Shown here in pieces: positions 9,900-21,080 of a stretch of DNA of 64,000 bases. This stretch comes from Azolla caroliniana (Eukaryota; Plantae; Polypodiophyta): contig JBHGNT010000013.1 in the NCBI GenBank assembly GCA_043228905.1, positions 9,672,001 to 9,736,000 of the forward strand. Reading direction: 5' to 3'. The number at the start of each line of letters is the position of its first letter. Within the stretch, counting starts at the first letter, position 1. The translations under genes were made by a program, and so were the position numbers. The notes below the pieces were generated by a model, which worked only from the letters and a program-made list of their open reading frames with translations, was not told the DNA's origin and searched no databases.

Positions 9900-12800
9900 T
9901 GTTAAGTGAGTGTGAGGCTCGGAGGTGTCTGACAACTGTCTCCGCCCGATTCGCCATCAAAAGGGTATATGCCGGTTCGAACTCCGTAAATGACATCGAG
10001 GAGTTAACTCAGTCGATACATAGATCGTACACAAGTGCACTTTATATACAACCCCTTGAGGAGTGGGCTGACACAAGTACCATCAGTACTTGAATGCTCA
10101 TAAAAGAGCTTGACACTAATTCTGCCTACAATATTCCTATTTTCTATAAAGGAATATAGGCCCTCAACGACCGTTTCTGGATTTCATCCGACTCAGCACA
10201 CCCGAATCGAACTCTATTTGATTCGGCTCCTGACTCGGCACACCCGAATCGAACTCTATTTGATTCGGCTCCCGACTCTCAGCTCTCGGCTTCTTCAGCC
10301 GATTTGGCCCATGTTGAGCTTGTCTCTCGATACTCCCCCTCAAGTTAAACTTGAGGTCCCACCTGTGAAAGTGTTTTTAGAATTCAAGGTATTGAAGTCT
10401 ACAAGAATATAAGGTATGGTGCATTCACATCCAGAGGGCACGTTCACGAGCTAAGGTCTTAAGGATAAGTCAAACTAAAAGCAAGAAAGATGGAGAAAAG
10501 TAAAAGAAGAAAAAAGTGGGCACCAAAACGCAATCTGCAACAAACGCTCATAACTCATTCATTTGGAAGCCAAATATAATGTGCGAATATGGGTTAGAAA
10601 GCTTGTGAAGAGATCTATCCATAGCTTTTTAAATATCTAAATTTAGATCTTGGAAGAGGGAGATATGATGATTTAAAGATTGTTGTGGCATAGATAAGAA
10701 TAGGACTCGATGAAAACTCTAAAAAAAGCATAAAAAAGAAAGCAAGGGAAGCTTATCCAATGGAAGAGAACTTTATATAAAGGAAGAAGAGTAAGGTGGT
10801 GTGAGAGAGTCTCTTTCTTGTGATGTTTTCTTGCCTATTCACGTAGTGTTGGTTAAGTTGTTATCAATTTATCCTTGTAGACTTGGATTTATGTATCTTC
10901 TTTCTCTCTTCCTTCCATCATAATTATTCATTAGCAATAGTTCTTTGTGGTTTTGGGTCTGTTTATCTTCCTTATCTCTCCTTTCTATCATCTCTACCTC
11001 ATCACCACCGTGTTAGCTCTAGCTGGTTCATTATTCCCACCTCTCCTGGCATCCTGACGGCTCGCTCGCGCTCCTCGTCCAGTTCGGCCCTGCGTCCCAT
11101 GACCCCTTCGATCTGGTGCTCCTCGACTCATCTAGTTCTGCGCACCTCAACCCCTACAGTCAGCTTGTTTGCTGATTTGGCCCAAGTAAGCTTCGTCGTT
11201 GTCGCGGTGCTAGCACCCATCAACTCGTCGACTCTTCCGTGTCGGTGTCGGCTTTGACCGCCTCCTTGTGTGCTTTGTCAATCAATTCAGCTACTCCGAA
11301 TCAAACACTTTGATTAAATCACCTTCCGATTCACTTTGACTATTGACTGAATCGGTTGTCTCTGATTCTTCCTCTTTCCGGCCCTTGACCACATCTACCC
11401 ATGTCTTGGTCATGGCCTTCACTCAGTCGGCTCTGTCCTTTTTTACTCTTCCACCTTTCTTGCCCTTCTCGGCTTCACCTCCCCTTGGTTCGGTTGGCTC
11501 TTACTTCGGCTCTCTCGTTCGTCCGCTCCCCCTGCACCTAGCTTGGCATATCGAGGTGTTGTATGCCAAGCATGCGTGAGAGTTGTCACAACTTGTCTAC
11601 GCCAAGAGGTTTGGTGAAGTTATCGGCAACCTACCGATCGGTCGAAACATAAAGAAGTTTGACTTCACCAAAGAGGACTTGCGAATGAAAGAACTGATAG
11701 TGGACCTCAATGTGCTTTGTCCAAGCATGGAAGATGAGCTTCTTCGCTAAATGGATGTTTCTAACGTTGTCGGAGTATATGAGTATCGGCTCAGACACCT
11801 CTACATGTAGATCCTTTAATGGCCTTTTGAGCCAAATGGCTTGTAATTCTTGATACTCAACATTAGTGCTCGATAGTGCCACTGTCGGCTTCTTTTTACT
11901 GCTCCAGACGATCATGGAGCTTCCCAATGAAAAGCAAATCCAGATGTTGACCTGCGATCGCCAACATTTCCGCCCCAATCAACATCCGTGTAGCCGACTA
12001 ACTCAGCGGCTACTCCTACCCGATATAGCAACGCCCTATCCGTAGTGCCCTAACATACCTCAATATCTTTTGCACACACTGAAGGTGTTTGGCCTTTGGT
12101 CGCCACATGAATTGAATGATCAAGAAGACCGGGTAACTGAGATTTGGCCGAGTGATCGTCAAATAAATGAGGCTTCCGACAATTTGTCAGAACCGTGTTG
12201 GGTCGCACGCTGTTCCCGAATTTTGGCGAAGCTTTAGGTTTCTGTCCAAAGGGGTTGATATGGACTTACAATCCGTCATCTTGAACTTGAAGAGCATATT
12301 GAGCACATAATAGCGTTGGTTGATCAATATGCCTTCGGGGGTTTGGATCACTTCGATTCCAAGGAAGTAATGAAGGTTCCCCAGATCCTTCATTTCGAAT
12401 GATCCCTTTTTGAGCTGAGGTTGGCACCAGCGATGACTAAATCATCAACATATAGCAGAATGCTAATCAGTCCAGTCCGACTTGGCCGAATGAATAACGA
12501 AGGGTCTGATTTTGATGGAGCAAACCCCATCTTACACAGTCACTACGCACTCTGATACCATGCAAAAGAATACATGTGGAACCGTGTGTGATAGACACCG
12601 ACCGAGTACACAGTCAATTTCGGAAACTTGACAGTTAGGTAAACAGAGAGAATGGATACACAGTGAAAGAGAGAGCCTGAGCAGAGCAAAAAATAATATT
12701 TCAATTACAAAAAGACTCAGTACTTACAACAGTGCTTAGAGTGCACTTTATATATAGGCCCTTGACGAGTGGGCTAACACAAGTACCATCAGTACTTGAA

Positions 12801-12983
12801 TGCTCATAAATGAGCCTGACACTAATTCTGCCTACAATATTCCTATAGGCCCTCAACGGCCTTTTCGGATTTCATCCAACTGGGCACACCCGAATCGAAT
12901 CTCTATTCGATAGAGATTCAATTCGACTCTTGGCTCTCGGCTTCTTCAGCTGATTCGGCCCATGTTGAGCTTGTCTCTCAACA
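9900..12983 (-). mobile_element. Internally deleted, degenerate Ty1/Copia element (RT-RNase H remnant only)
   Basis: 5' LTR 12561-12983, PBS TGGTATCAGAG at 12550-12560, RT/RH fragments (MKDLGNLHYFLGIEV; WSSKKKPTVALSS; TKHIEVHY), PPT at ~10333-10345 and a partly matching 3' LTR ~10030-10332. Left boundary uncertain; no TSD found. Confidence 0.8.
10364..11004. mobile_element. Solo LTR nested in the Copia 3' UTR
   Basis: TGTGA...CATCA flanked by TSD CCACC (10359-10363 and 11005-11009). Confidence 0.75.
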
Positions 12984-14019
12984 AAGATGAAGAGAGACAT
13001 CAAGTGCAACATAAGGTAATAGGGAAGGGTGTTTACAGGCAAAAGGATACAAAAAGTTCTAATGGTAATGCATTATCAAAAGGTAACTTTAGAATGAAGG
13101 AGGTCTTTAAGAGAACATCATTGGGAAAAACAAGTGCTAAATCAAAGATGGTCTAACCTATTACAATTTGATTCGTCAGGAAGGGTAGTGCAACCATAAT
13201 TTAATCAAGGATTTCATACTTGTGGGGCTAGACAACAAACTTTTGTCAGTAGTGGAGGGGATGTAGTACGTACAAATCCTTATGTGGTTCTTGAGCAAGC
13301 AATTAGTACATTTATGCACATGTTGTCACGGATGTGGGGTGTGCATAGGAGGAATTTAGTTAAACAAGGATTATTAAAAAGGTCCAGTGGTAGATTGAAG
13401 ATGTGTGCTAAATTAAAAAAGGTTGATTGGTAGATTGAAGACATTTTGAGACTTTATTATTATTATTATTTAGGAAAGAAAAAGGATGGTGTGTGCTAAA
13501 ATAAAAAAGCGCATATTTTTTATTTGGGAAAATGGCTCCTTCATCCTATAAAAGGGTGTGCTAAACACAGAATTTGGAGGGGGGAGGAAAGAGAGAGACA
13601 TAGAAGCTCTACCAGATTGGGAAGCAAAGTAGCTAGGGTAATGAATCATGAGGGCATGTAAGACCAAGAGGCGACGTGACCGTTGATCGTTGGGAGATTA
13701 CACCAAAACTCAAGGATTTCCCCCTAAAGCTTCACTCTTATTCTTTTCTTCTTCGTTGTCTTCTTCTTCTCCACAACATATGTATTGTGTTAGAGCTCTT
13801 AGTTCATGTTTAATTTATGGAATTTACCATCGTTGTACTAAAAAACTCCATGAACTTGTAATCCCTGATTCATAAAGGGATTTTCTTTCTTAATCTGGTG
13901 AATGTAGACGTAATATTGTAAAATCCATTTATCATATCATGATCATTGGGTTAATTACGTAATTTTATACTAATCTTAATATGCATAATTCGTTGTCCAG
14001 GTCATCACTATCTTCAACA

Positions 14020-14235
14020 TTGAGGAGCCTTCGGCGCTAAAGAGTCTTCAACTCCAAAGAGCCTTTGACTTTGGATTACCTTTGACTTTGTAGAGGCTTC
14101 GAGTTTGATCTACCTTCGACTCTGACCAATATTCAACTCTGTAGAGCCTTCAATTTTGACGATCTTTCGACTCCGCAAAGCCTTTGAGTCTAACGATCTT
14201 TCAACTCTGATGATCATTCAATACTAACAAGCCTT
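14020..14235 (+). repeat. Degenerate short tandem repeat (CCTTCGACTCTG-like, ~16-17 bp period)
   Basis: Recurring ccttcgactc / tcttcaactc / cctttgactt motifs. Confidence 0.5.
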
Positions 14236-15170
14236 TGACATGCAAGGGTCAAACTCGGCCGACTTTTAGGTTCAAGCAAAGCAAGGACAGACAACCAAAC
14301 AACAAAATAGCACAGAGAACCGACACAGAGATTTTAACGTGGAAAACCCCTAAATGGGAAAAAATCACAGGATTCCACAAACTCCTAGAACAGAAACACT
14401 ATCTGAGAGTGAGTACAAGGACTCAAAGACACAACCTTGGTAAGAACTTTGTGACAGTAGACAGATATACATAGAGAACAAAGGTAAACAAAATAGAGAG
14501 AACGCCAACACCCCAATGCACTAAGGAGACAGATGGGACTAAGCAAGTTGAGGAGCACAAGGAAGCCGAATCGGAACAGAAGAGTAAAAAATCGGAAGGG
14601 CCAAAAGAACTTAAAAGGTCACTGAGTCCAAAAGAGTTGAAAGGCCTAAAGCCAATCGAAGGGAAGGAGCTGAAAACCGATCGCAGATCCGAAAAGAGGA
14701 AGGAGAACCAACCGACCAGAAGAGCCGAACGATGAAGGACTGAAGGTTGAAGGATCAAAGTGCTAACCCGAGCCGACTCTACTACTACCGATTTGAAAAT
14801 TAGCCGACCGGCTTGTATATTCTAATTGTAATTACAGGGGAGATAACCCCTAATTCTTTGTAAGAATTAGAGGGAGTTTGTTGGGCTAAAAGTCCCACTC
14901 TACCCATTGTACTCTCAATGTGAACAAATCTCTTGGTTGGGGCTTAGTTACACTAACTATGAACATGAAGAGATGTGTATTGTACAAGTGTTCGTTGGGA
15001 TTTGTAATGGTAATGTCTTCTTGAGCTCTAACTGTCTCAATGCAACTGTTCCTCACCTCTCTGTATCATCTTTGTGACTAAACAATGCATTATATCCTCC
15101 CTTCTTATTTGTTTGCTCATTCCATATACAACATTCTCATTGTAGTACTACACTAGTCTACACATCAACA
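14236..15170 (-). mobile_element. Probable Copia-type solo LTR
   Basis: TG...CAACA ends and a GATTTTAACGTGGAAAACCC...GGGAAAAAATCAC motif typical of plant Copia U5 (reverse strand). TSD not found. Confidence 0.45.
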
Positions 15171-15363
15171 CTTGATAGCCGACTAAGATACATAAAGTAC
15201 CCTACACCCTTGGACTAAGAAAGCATTACAAACATTGTTGCAACCGCTTTGGTTATGTTGTGGTGGAAGGAAAAAATATGGGAGTTACATTGATTTCATT
15301 GGATAATTTGGCTAGTTTTGAATGGTTAGGTGTTGTTGCAATATTGAATTTGGAAATACATTT

Positions 15364-15754
15364 TGTAAAGAATCGTGGTACAATTCTGTGCAGTGGAATA
15401 GGTTAGAGATGTGTGGTGTGTGTGTGTTTGAGAAGAGGAGAGGAGAGAGACACAAGATACATAGATATCTAGAAAATAGAATACTCAAGAATATGTATAT
15501 TACGAAGGAGATTAATCGACACATTACAAAGTAGGATGAGGGTGCTTTATATAGTCATCCTCTCTCTTCATTAACTACCGAAGCTCATCGGTCATGGGGA
15601 ATGTGGAAACCCATTAGTTATGTGTCATAGAATATGATTCTATGACACATAGTTAATGTGTAGAGAGTAATGGTGTGACTTTTGACCTTTGAGTGTTTAT
15701 ACACTCTCAAGGGTGTGCTCACACATTAGACTAGGTTGAGCTTGATTCTCAACA
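15364..15754 (-). mobile_element. Copia solo LTR (termini match the 43968-49627 family)
   Basis: TGTAAAGAATC...GAGCTTGATTCTCAACA with TSD CATTT on both sides. Confidence 0.88.
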
Positions 15755-16644
15755 CATTTGATGGCCCACAGATTTGCATTATGACAAGATATGTCTGAAA
15801 TGATCAACCGTAGATAAATCAATTAATTAATTGGAATAAACCAATTAGTTGTTGGGTGGCATCTAGCTCTTTTTTGCAATCCACATCCTAATTTCATAGG
15901 AACTCCTAATAGCACAACAATTATTGTTATGTACACATAATGTTGGTGAGGGTAGGTCACCAATATTTACATTAGTGAAGGGTATGTTCACTAATGTTAA
16001 AAAGGGGACTAATGATTGGATAGAAGGAATGATAAGTGCATGCACTATCATGATTTGGACAACCAATAAATGGAGAGCCTTTTAGAAAGGCACATCTATT
16101 CAAGGGGCCTAAGAAAAGGTATAAATATGAGGGTAGATGAGGCTTAGCTATCCTCATAATCACATTACGTCGGAAGGGTGTTGTCTTAGACACCGGTGGT
16201 GCGGGCTAGGCTTTCGTTTCGGCGATCGTGTTTATCTCTTCCAAGGTATTAATCATCCTAATATCCGGCGGTATGGGACGTCGGTGGTAGGTTCGCTATG
16301 TCTAGATCATAACTCGAGGGTGGTCGGGTGGAACGGGTTCTTCTATCCATTCTATTTTCCTTCTTTTACTTTAGTTTGGTCAATTGATTAGTAATAGACT
16401 CTTAACAGTGGTATTAGAGCATTTACTAACAATTTTTGTTGTTGTTTTGATGTTTTTTGCATGTGAGCGATGGAGATCTAACAAGGCTCGTCATGCTCTG
16501 CACAAGATCAAAACAACATTCTTAACTCGGTATTCTTCTTTCTCGATCTTTCTCTTCTTTCTATGACGCGTTCTTTATGATCGAATCAAATTTGTATTAC
16601 GTTTTCTTTTCTTTTCTTTCTTCTTTCTACCACAATATGATTTT

Positions 16645-17100
16645 AATTATTATTGTGCATCGGGCCAAGCGTGTTTGCACTAATCGCATACGCCCAACTC
16701 ATGGCCTTTTGCATATTGCGATGTGTCTCCCACTCTCCTGTCTCTTGAGCCTTCTCTTACGATATTAATTATTCTTGTGCATCGGGTCGAGCGTGTTTGC
16801 CCTAATCGCACACGCTCACCTCATGGCCCTTTTGCATATGATGTTCAATATGCCACTCTTCCCTCTATTGAGCCATCACTTGGTCGAGTCTATGGGATGT
16901 TGTGGCCATGACGAGGTGTATGTCGCCTACCTATGCCACTCTACTCTTAATTGAGCCATCACTTGGCCGATTCTATGGGATGTTGTGTCCTTAACAAGGT
17001 ATATGTCGCTTACCTATGCCACTTTACTCTTTATTGAGCCATCAATTGGTCGATTCTAGGGAGATGTGGTGGTCTCGAGGAGGTGCATGTTGACTACCTT
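16645..17100 (+). repeat. Tandem repeats in the element A leader (two ~120-bp units, then about three ~83-bp units)
   Basis: TTAATTATT..GTGCATCGGG..CTAATCGCA occurs twice. TATGCCACT..ATTGAGCCATCA..TGG occurs three times. Confidence 0.75.
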
Positions 17101-18093
17101 AGGGTTTCATACCTTAAGACATGCTTAATGATTCATACACCTAATTGATTATTATTCTAATTCATTTCGAATTACATAAATTTTTGTTTCACTTTTGTAT
17201 GATTTTCTAGTAATTGTCATTTACCCACCCACAATTAACTCTCTTTCTTGCCCTTATTTTAAGTTCATCTACACTATTTACGTACGTTTAATGGTGTATG
17301 ATTCATGTAGACTATTTTTTAATATTGAGTGGGCATCATGCCGTTTTTTGAACGATTTTTTCCAATGGCTCATCTAGGTTTCACTCATATTATCGAGCCT
17401 TAGAACTCGAGTAAAACCACATGAGTTCCCCTATTGATGTTTTACTCATAGATTTGAGTTCTACATCTTTGCGAACAACACCACCACCACGTGTATCAAT
17501 TTGTGGCTTATGTCACATTTGTGCAAATTACAACCACCATATTGGGATGTATATGTGCATACCTCGCACCATCCATTTATTTGTGACTTTTTTTTTTAGT
17601 AGGTAACACATGGGTTTTTTGACCCTTATTTTTGTCACTACTTGATTCTTATGGGTAGTGCCTTATTTTATCATTTTTGTCATAACATTTGCTTGTTACT
17701 CGCAAGACTAAAATATTACTTGTGAGTGCACTTGTTTTTTCACGTAATACACTTTCTCGACCATATCAATACATGTTGGGTTGACATTCTAATATAAGGC
17801 TAACTAGGAAACTACATTGATGTTAGAACCATGGTTGAGCCTCGGGGAGCCGCCATGATTATTCAAGATAGAGATCCGAGAAATACATCTTAGCTATGTT
17901 TTCCCCCATGGTTTTTAAAACACCATAGTGTTACCATAGTTCTCAGATCTCGAATCACATCTCATATGTCTAGAGGGGTAAAGACGTGAGATGCTTTCTT
18001 GGTAAAGTTCTTACAATCAAAATTTCAAGCATTCATTTTGCTTGTGTATTTTCTGAACCTCCTTATTTATATTTTATACCCACAGCTTGCATC

Positions 18094-18942
18094 ATGGAAC
18101 AAGTTTTGAACGTTGTTGGAGCAATCTCTCCGACCGAGACCTCTCAACTACAATCCGCATCTCGCACACAAGCTGAGATCACTATTGAGCAATTGCTCAC
18201 TACTACCTTGAATCAATTGGCCGAAATGAGGCAAGCCAATATGGCATTGGAAAAGAAATTCCAAGAATGGACTATTGAGTCCATGGAAAAAGGTGAGCCT
18301 TCTTTCATAGTAACGCCATTCAAGGGAGATAAGAAAGAAAGAACCAAGTAGGCCGTTAGCACTTGGCTTGGTCGTTGGGAGTCTAACTTTGAGCTCCACC
18401 CCAAGCCCAATGCTATAAAAATTGGTTACATCGGTCGTGAGTTAGGTGGCCGAGCTGCTGCTTGGTGGCGCGGCCTAAGGACTGCAAAGAACTTACCCAC
18501 AACTTGGGAAGGTTTCGTTGATGTTTTTAAGAAATAGTTTTTGCAACCACCTTCTCAAACTGAACAAGTGCAACACTTGCTCACATTGTCGAGTAAGCCA
18601 TTTATCTCTCTCGAGGATTATGTGCATCATGCTCGGACCCAAATCCAAAAATCGGGACTTACGGGTGAGAAATGGTTTGTTGCTTGCTTTTTGAATGGTA
18701 TTCCTAATGGGGATTACCATTGGATTGTCCATGACAAGGACCCCACAACTTTTGAGGAAGCCGTCAACATTGTACTTCGGTACCATAGGACTTCCAAGAA
18801 AAACCATAATAAACCTGAGTTCGCCAAAACTCCGAATGTCAAGTTCATTGGGAAACGTAAGCAATCCAATGACACTCTTGACCGCGACTCTAAGAAACCT
18901 AGCCTCTTCTATGCATATTGCAAGAAACGGGGCCACACAAAG
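18094..18942 (+). pseudogene. gag: Element A gag, 5' part (in-frame stops), cut within the zinc knuckle
   Basis: Similar to element B gag (GEPSFIVTPFKGDKKERT, LEDYVHHARTQIQKSGL). CAYCKKRGHTK continues as DTCRRL at 25902. Confidence 0.9.
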
Positions 18943-19650
18943 TGTTACGGGCATGACCATTTAATATCCCGTGGTGAGAATTTACCGTAGTATTTTATAC
19001 ACGTGGATAAGTGTGAGGGTTAAACGAGAGTGTAAAGAAGGGGAGGATTACTTTTAATCCTCGGGATTGAGACAACCCATTAGGTCAAGTGTGAACTTGC
19101 TTGGGGGCCTTGGGTATCGCTATAAATAAGAGGCCTAGCTACCCTCATTTGATCATCTTTTTTACTACATCGAGACTCTGCTCTTGTGGTGGGTCAACTC
19201 TTGTAGCGAGCGCGCCAGCACCAGGTACGACTCGACGCCACGGCGGTGGTATGGGACGCCGATCGAGGCTCGAGTCCGTCTCGATCCCTTCGCTCGGGGG
19301 TGGTCGGGTGGATCGACACCCTTCTTTCTCTTTCTCCTTTCTATCTATCATTTGTTTATCCTTATCTTAAGCTTACTTTAGTACTTAGATCTCTAATATT
19401 TGGTATCAGATTTATGTACTAATGTTTCTTTGTTTGTCTTTTGTCTTTTGATTGATGGTGATCGATTGATGTGCGGTCGGCCTTGATCCAGACAACGATC
19501 AACAAAGAACTTCAGTAACTCTTTCCATAATTTTTCTTTCTATTCTCTCTTCTCCCATCTAATCACGTGTTTAGTTTATATGTCATTTTTTTTCATTAAG
19601 TCAATGATGTTGTAGTGGCCTTTAATTGATTATCTAAAACATTTACATAT

Positions 19651-19910
19651 GTGCACGAGGTCAATACCTCGTTTGACATATTAATAATATGGGATGAGTG
19701 TCGTATGCATACGAGGTTAATACCTCAATTACGTATTACGTTCATGAACATATGTTACGTTTGCGTATGAGTTTAATACCTTGATTTGTTGTAAACGATA
19801 TGCGGTTGGTCTCGTATGCGTAAGAGGTCAATATCTCAATTGCGTATTACGATGATCTCTTATTTGTGGATGTTTCGTGTGCGTAGAGGTATATACCTCG
19901 ATTACGTATC
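19651..19910 (+). repeat. Five ~56-bp spaced hairpin repeats GAGGT-NAAT-ACCTC in the element B leader
   Basis: Cores at 19657, 19713, 19769, 19824 and 19886. Confidence 0.75.
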
Positions 19911-21080
19911 TCAATCACACCATTTGTGGCTATTTAATATAACGATATGTTAATATAGGCATATGTGGTCACGTATATACGTATTTGATCGTATATATGT
20001 GATAAGTAAACATATGTGTATATTCGTTATTACGTGATTATATCGAAAGTTGTCCTTGTCGAGAAAAGGATGTTGGTGGCCGTCCTCACATTTTTGTGAG
20101 AATGGCGTTGTCACCATCCCTTTTTCAACAATGTTTTATTGTTGACAACCCCGTTGATGACCTCGATTTCGTTACGTAAAGAAACGCCTATAGCCATAAC
20201 GATGTTGAGTACGTAGGGCTTGACCCATTTCAAGTGAGGTCGCTCCAATGACACACGTATCCAACATCCCTCCCTCGTTACATGGATACGATGCCACCAT
20301 GAGCTCGTTATTACGAAGGGCGTTCGTAATGACGTGACCATGTGATGGGCCACATGAGCCTACTACGAAACGAGGGCTCATTTGGCTTGACCATTAGGTT
20401 GCACTTTGGCGTATGCTATCGTAATTACGAGACTTGAGGTTAGGTAACGCACCAACATAGTTTTGGTAAATGAGGGAAAAATAAGGACCCTTGACATATA
20501 TGTTCTTTTAGAAAAAACATATATGATCTTGCATATCTCTTATACGCATCAAACATTAAGCATTCAAGAGGAGCAACTTACTTGGTTGGCTCAAGTGTTT
20601 AATGTACTTGTTCTCGAGGTCTCGAGTTCAAATATGACCAAGACCATACAACATCCTTGATACATATGACTATAACACATTTTTAGACTTAAGGTCTAAG
20701 TGCACCTCGGGGTCCTCGTAATAGGACTTAAAGAGCCGAAACCACATATGTGGGCACCGAAACATAGTTTATTGTTAACATTTTTTTCGTGTATAAACTA
20801 TTCATGACGCGAACATACATGGTTGAGCCTCGGGGAGCCACCATGAAAAAATCGATATAGAGATTAGGGAAAGACATTTATTTGTCACCCCCATGGTTTT
20901 TAAAACACCTTTGTGTTACCATAGTAACCTGATCTTGAACCTCATCTCATACGGCTAGAGGGGTATTGACATGAGATAATGATATCGATTAATGCTTGCC
21001 CATGATAGGTTTACATCATGACATGATGTTATGACTATCTCTCTGACCTTATCCTATTTCTTTTCCAGAAATAATCTTTA

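Noticed and set aside
19651-19910. CRISPR-like repeat-spacer array
   Set aside because: Plant nuclear retrotransposon context, degenerate repeats, related spacers and no cas genes.
20680-20765. Hammerhead ribozyme (hairpins followed by CGAAAC twice)
   Set aside because: No CUGANGA core found at the required position.
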